The translations under genes and the position numbers were made by a program. Source: a virus (Duplodnaviria > Caudoviricetes). Taken from it: a DNA stretch of 27,249 nucleotides. The notes under the pieces were generated by a model, which was given only the letters and a program-made list of their open reading frames with translations, was not told the origin of the DNA and did not search any database. Below are positions 24,646 to 27,249 of the stretch, in pieces (position 1 is the first letter of the stretch; every line of letters starts with the position of its first letter). The stretch spans positions 1 through 27,249 of the IMG/VR virus record IMGVR_UViG_3300047288_000081; one strand, 5' to 3'.

Positions 24646-26813
24646 TATCCATAAGTTGATTCCGATACTAATTTGTTTACTCTATTTGTTGTACTTCGGT
24701 TTTCAGTTTCAACAACGTATGCTTTAACTGGAGCAAAGTTATTATTTTGATTACCACTAAATGTAGTTGATTGACCTTGACCTGGTCCATATATTGCGGG
24801 AGCTTGACTTGTTGTTGATGGAATGCTTACAGCCGATTCAGGACTTGTAGCTGGAGCACTAGCCCCACCCTCAAATTGTGCCGCCCCTATCTTTGCTAAG
24901 TTAGCTGCTGTTGTAATTGCTGAAGCTGCTAATAAGATACCAGTTGAAATACCAAAGTCAGCTTTAGGAGTTGTTGCTATAATATTAGATATTGCCATTA
25001 CTCCATCCATTCCAACCTTTGCTAAGTTAAATGCCTTTTGAACGTTAAATTGTTTACGAGCTAAATCTTCTTCTTCTTTACTACCTTTTTTTACTTTTGC
25101 AGATTTAATACTAAAATATATATCTGATAACCCTTGAGCAGCATTTAAACTATTTTTAGCATTTTCAAAACCTTGTTTTATTTCATCTTGTTTTATTTTT
25201 TTAGTTTCGGCTGCTATTCTTTTTTCTAAATCTAATTTATCCTTTGCATATTTATTATCTAATGATGTAGTATTTTCTTTTATTAAATTAGCACTCGCAA
25301 CATTTATTCGATAAACTTCATCAACATGCTCTTGTTCTTTTTGTAGTTTAAGTAAATCGTTATTTTCTATTTGTTCTAATTCTAATTGATAACCACTTTC
25401 TAAAATAGATAATAATTTAGATGCTTTGGATTGTTGACTAGCTAAAAATGTAGCATTATCTGCTTTATCTTGTGCTTCTTTTTTTTCTTTTGCTGTTTTT
25501 TCTATTGCTTCTTGTTTAACTTTATAATCTTTTTGTATTTGTATTATATTATCTTGTAAAGTTATTTCAGCTTGAACTAATGCTTTATTTTTTGTTGCTT
25601 TACTTGCTGTGCTTTTATTTATATCTTCAATTAATTTATCATTTTCAAATTGTGCTTTTGCAATAGCTTGTGTTTGTTCACTTTTTAAAGTTTTTATATA
25701 TGATTCCTCTTTTGCTTTTTCTATGTCCGATAATAACTTTTTTTCATCTTCAAGTCTTTTTTGTGCTGCTGCTTTAGCATCCTCAATTTGTTTTTTTCTT
25801 AACGCTTCAGCTTTATCAAATTCTTCTTTTGTTAGCGTTCCCGCTATTTTGTTATTTGTTTTTAAATTATCAAATAATGCATTTGATTTTTCTAATTCTG
25901 TTTGACCTAATTTTTTAGTATCATCAGCAAATTGTTGTGTTTCTTTTGAATGTATATTACCATATTCAACAACTTTTTTAGAATATTCATTCATATCCGC
26001 CTGTAAATTAAGGCCAATACTACTTACGTATGCGTATGTTTTTTCATACCAAGGAACTACATCTGCTGCTGCTGCTTCACCTGTTAATACCTTTGCTTGT
26101 GCTTCTGCTGACTTTGCAAACAAAACATTTGCAGTTGCCTTAGCTTGCATTGCTTCAATATACAAATCCTTATTTGCTACAAAATTACTTTCTGCTACAG
26201 CTAAATCATTTGTAAACCCTAAACTTTCTCCTAATGTTTCGTTATATATTTTTAATGTTTCATCTTTTGATAACGTGCCTTTATTAAATGCATCAAATGC
26301 CCCTTCTACATTTTGAACTCCTTCTAAGACTTTTGCTAATTCACCCGATACTTCTTTGGTTGCTTCTGCTAATGCTTTTTCTGCTAAACTTGTTTTGTCA
26401 AACATAGCAGCAATAGTTTCAAAATTATCGTATAATAACTTTATACCTTCAATTAATAAAAATATTGGAATAGCACCCATTGCAGCACCAACACCTTTAA
26501 ATCCTGTTTTTATTTTATCAAAATCAAAAGTTCCAATACCTTCACCTAATAATCTAAATGAAGATGTTAGTTTCTCAACTCCACTACCTTTTAAACTTTT
26601 AGTCGAATCATTTAAGTCCTCAACTTTATCTTTTAATCCTGCTAATTTTTGACCAGCTTTTGTTGCTTCAATAGAACCTTCGCCAAACTTAGAAGTCATC
26701 GCTATCTGCTCATCTTTGGCTGCCTTAATCGCTGTTTTTAAATCTTTAAAAGAACTGATTGTTTTTTCAGCTCCCTTTACCTCGACTTCTATTCCTATTT
26801 TCTCCGTTGCCAT
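24645..26813 (-). CDS. Tail tape measure protein
   Basis: 722 aa, Ala/Lys/Glu-rich helical sequence with two hydrophobic Ala/Gly segments; C-terminal VKAYVVE motif. Confidence 0.8.
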   Translation of the reverse strand: MATEKIGIEVEVKGAEKTISSFKDLKTAIKAAKDEQIAMTSKFGEGSIEATKAGQKLAGLKDKVEDLNDSTKSLKGSGVEKLTSSFRLLGEGIGTFDFDKIKTGFKGVGAAMGAIPIFLLIEGIKLLYDNFETIAAMFDKTSLAEKALAEATKEVSGELAKVLEGVQNVEGAFDAFNKGTLSKDETLKIYNETLGESLGFTNDLAVAESNFVANKDLYIEAMQAKATANVLFAKSAEAQAKVLTGEAAAADVVPWYEKTYAYVSSIGLNLQADMNEYSKKVVEYGNIHSKETQQFADDTKKLGQTELEKSNALFDNLKTNNKIAGTLTKEEFDKAEALRKKQIEDAKAAAQKRLEDEKKLLSDIEKAKEESYIKTLKSEQTQAIAKAQFENDKLIEDINKSTASKATKNKALVQAEITLQDNIIQIQKDYKVKQEAIEKTAKEKKEAQDKADNATFLASQQSKASKLLSILESGYQLELEQIENNDLLKLQKEQEHVDEVYRINVASANLIKENTTSLDNKYAKDKLDLEKRIAAETKKIKQDEIKQGFENAKNSLNAAQGLSDIYFSIKSAKVKKGSKEEEDLARKQFNVQKAFNLAKVGMDGVMAISNIIATTPKADFGISTGILLAASAITTAANLAKIGAAQFEGGASAPATSPESAVSIPSTTSQAPAIYGPGQGQSTTFSGNQNNNFAPVKAYVVETENRSTTNRVNKLVSESTYG

Positions 26814-26815
26814 AA

Positions 26816-27247
26816 TTATATTATAAAGATGTTAGTTGTGTTTGATTTAATTGTTATTATTGAATATTGCCCTGTTATTATTGTTTGTGGTAAAGCTGCC
26901 CCGTTTAATGTTTCCGAAGCCACCCCGTATAACTTTACTGAGTTAGCACTTGCATCAGTTCTAAAGAATGTAAACTCATAATCAACAAATAAAGTCGGGT
27001 CAATAGTTATCTTTATATTTCCAGCTGTAGCATTTACCCAAAAGAATGAACAAGTTCCATCAATGGTATAATCCGCTGTTATAATTACTGACTTCTTTAC
27101 TACTTGACTTGTATTAATTTTTGCTAAATAACTTCCACTTGAATTATCTATTGTAATGGCATCCGATAAGTTAATCCCTCCACTTGTTATTGTGCTTGTA
27201 CTTGTTAAATTAACGCCTGTAAAATTACTTACTGAAGATTCTATAAC
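26816..27247 (-). CDS. 3' end of a tail/baseplate protein (truncated by the window edge)
   Basis: Not in the track. Open frame ...VIESSVSNFTGVNLTS...ADYTIDGTCSFFWVNATAGNIKITID...TIKSNTTNIFII, stop at 26818-26816, 2 nt before the tape measure ATG. Confidence 0.7.
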   Translation of the reverse strand, partial: VIESSVSNFTGVNLTSTSTITSGGINLSDAITIDNSSGSYLAKINTSQVVKKSVIITADYTIDGTCSFFWVNATAGNIKITIDPTLFVDYEFTFFRTDASANSVKLYGVASETLNGAALPQTIITGQYSIITIKSNTTNIFII

Positions 27248-27249
27248 TA

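Noticed and set aside
454-26652. Opposite-strand ORFs at 454, 6331, 8159, 8781, 9761, 14363, 16560, 16793, 23249, 23722, 24048, 24823, 25609 and 26356
   Set aside because: They lie antisense to well-supported genes and have no recognisable motifs or start contexts.
26805-26830. Tail chaperone programmed frameshift upstream of the tape measure gene
   Set aside because: The upstream gene is a beta-rich structural protein ending in a normal stop; no G/GT-like ORF pair is evident.
1-27249. Stop-codon reassignment, tRNA genes, integrase or att site
   Set aside because: Genes tile densely under the standard code using TAA, TAG and TGA. No cloverleaf or integrase motif was recognised, so lifestyle cannot be called from this window.

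Overview
AT-rich (about 30% GC by eye) segment covering most of a small tailed phage genome of siphovirus type. The host is very probably a Bacteroidota member: there are TTG-N19/20-TAnnTTTG promoters and no Shine-Dalgarno signals. The + strand (3020-12721) carries early, recombination and replication genes: HTH protein, many small ORFs, ERF, YqaJ-like exonuclease, NinG, metallophosphoesterase, replication initiator with internal iterons, DnaB and a C5 methyltransferase. The - strand carries an ECF-like sigma factor followed by terminase genes (294-2962) and a late block (12710-27249): tape measure, prohead protease, scaffold, capsid, tail, portal, adaptors, fibres and lysis genes. Two signals outside the ORF track stand out. 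(1) Four copies of an exactly spaced motif AACAA-N15-CGTTAT-N6-ATG sit in front of late genes; these are candidate promoters for the phage's own ECF-like sigma that would yield leaderless mRNAs. (2) A two-hairpin leader upstream of the replication initiator has perfectly complementary loops (UGUGCG/CGCACA) and ends in a terminator-like U tract, a candidate kissing-loop attenuator. No integrase, tRNA, CRISPR array or reverse transcriptase was seen. All protein calls come from motif recognition by eye, not from database searches.
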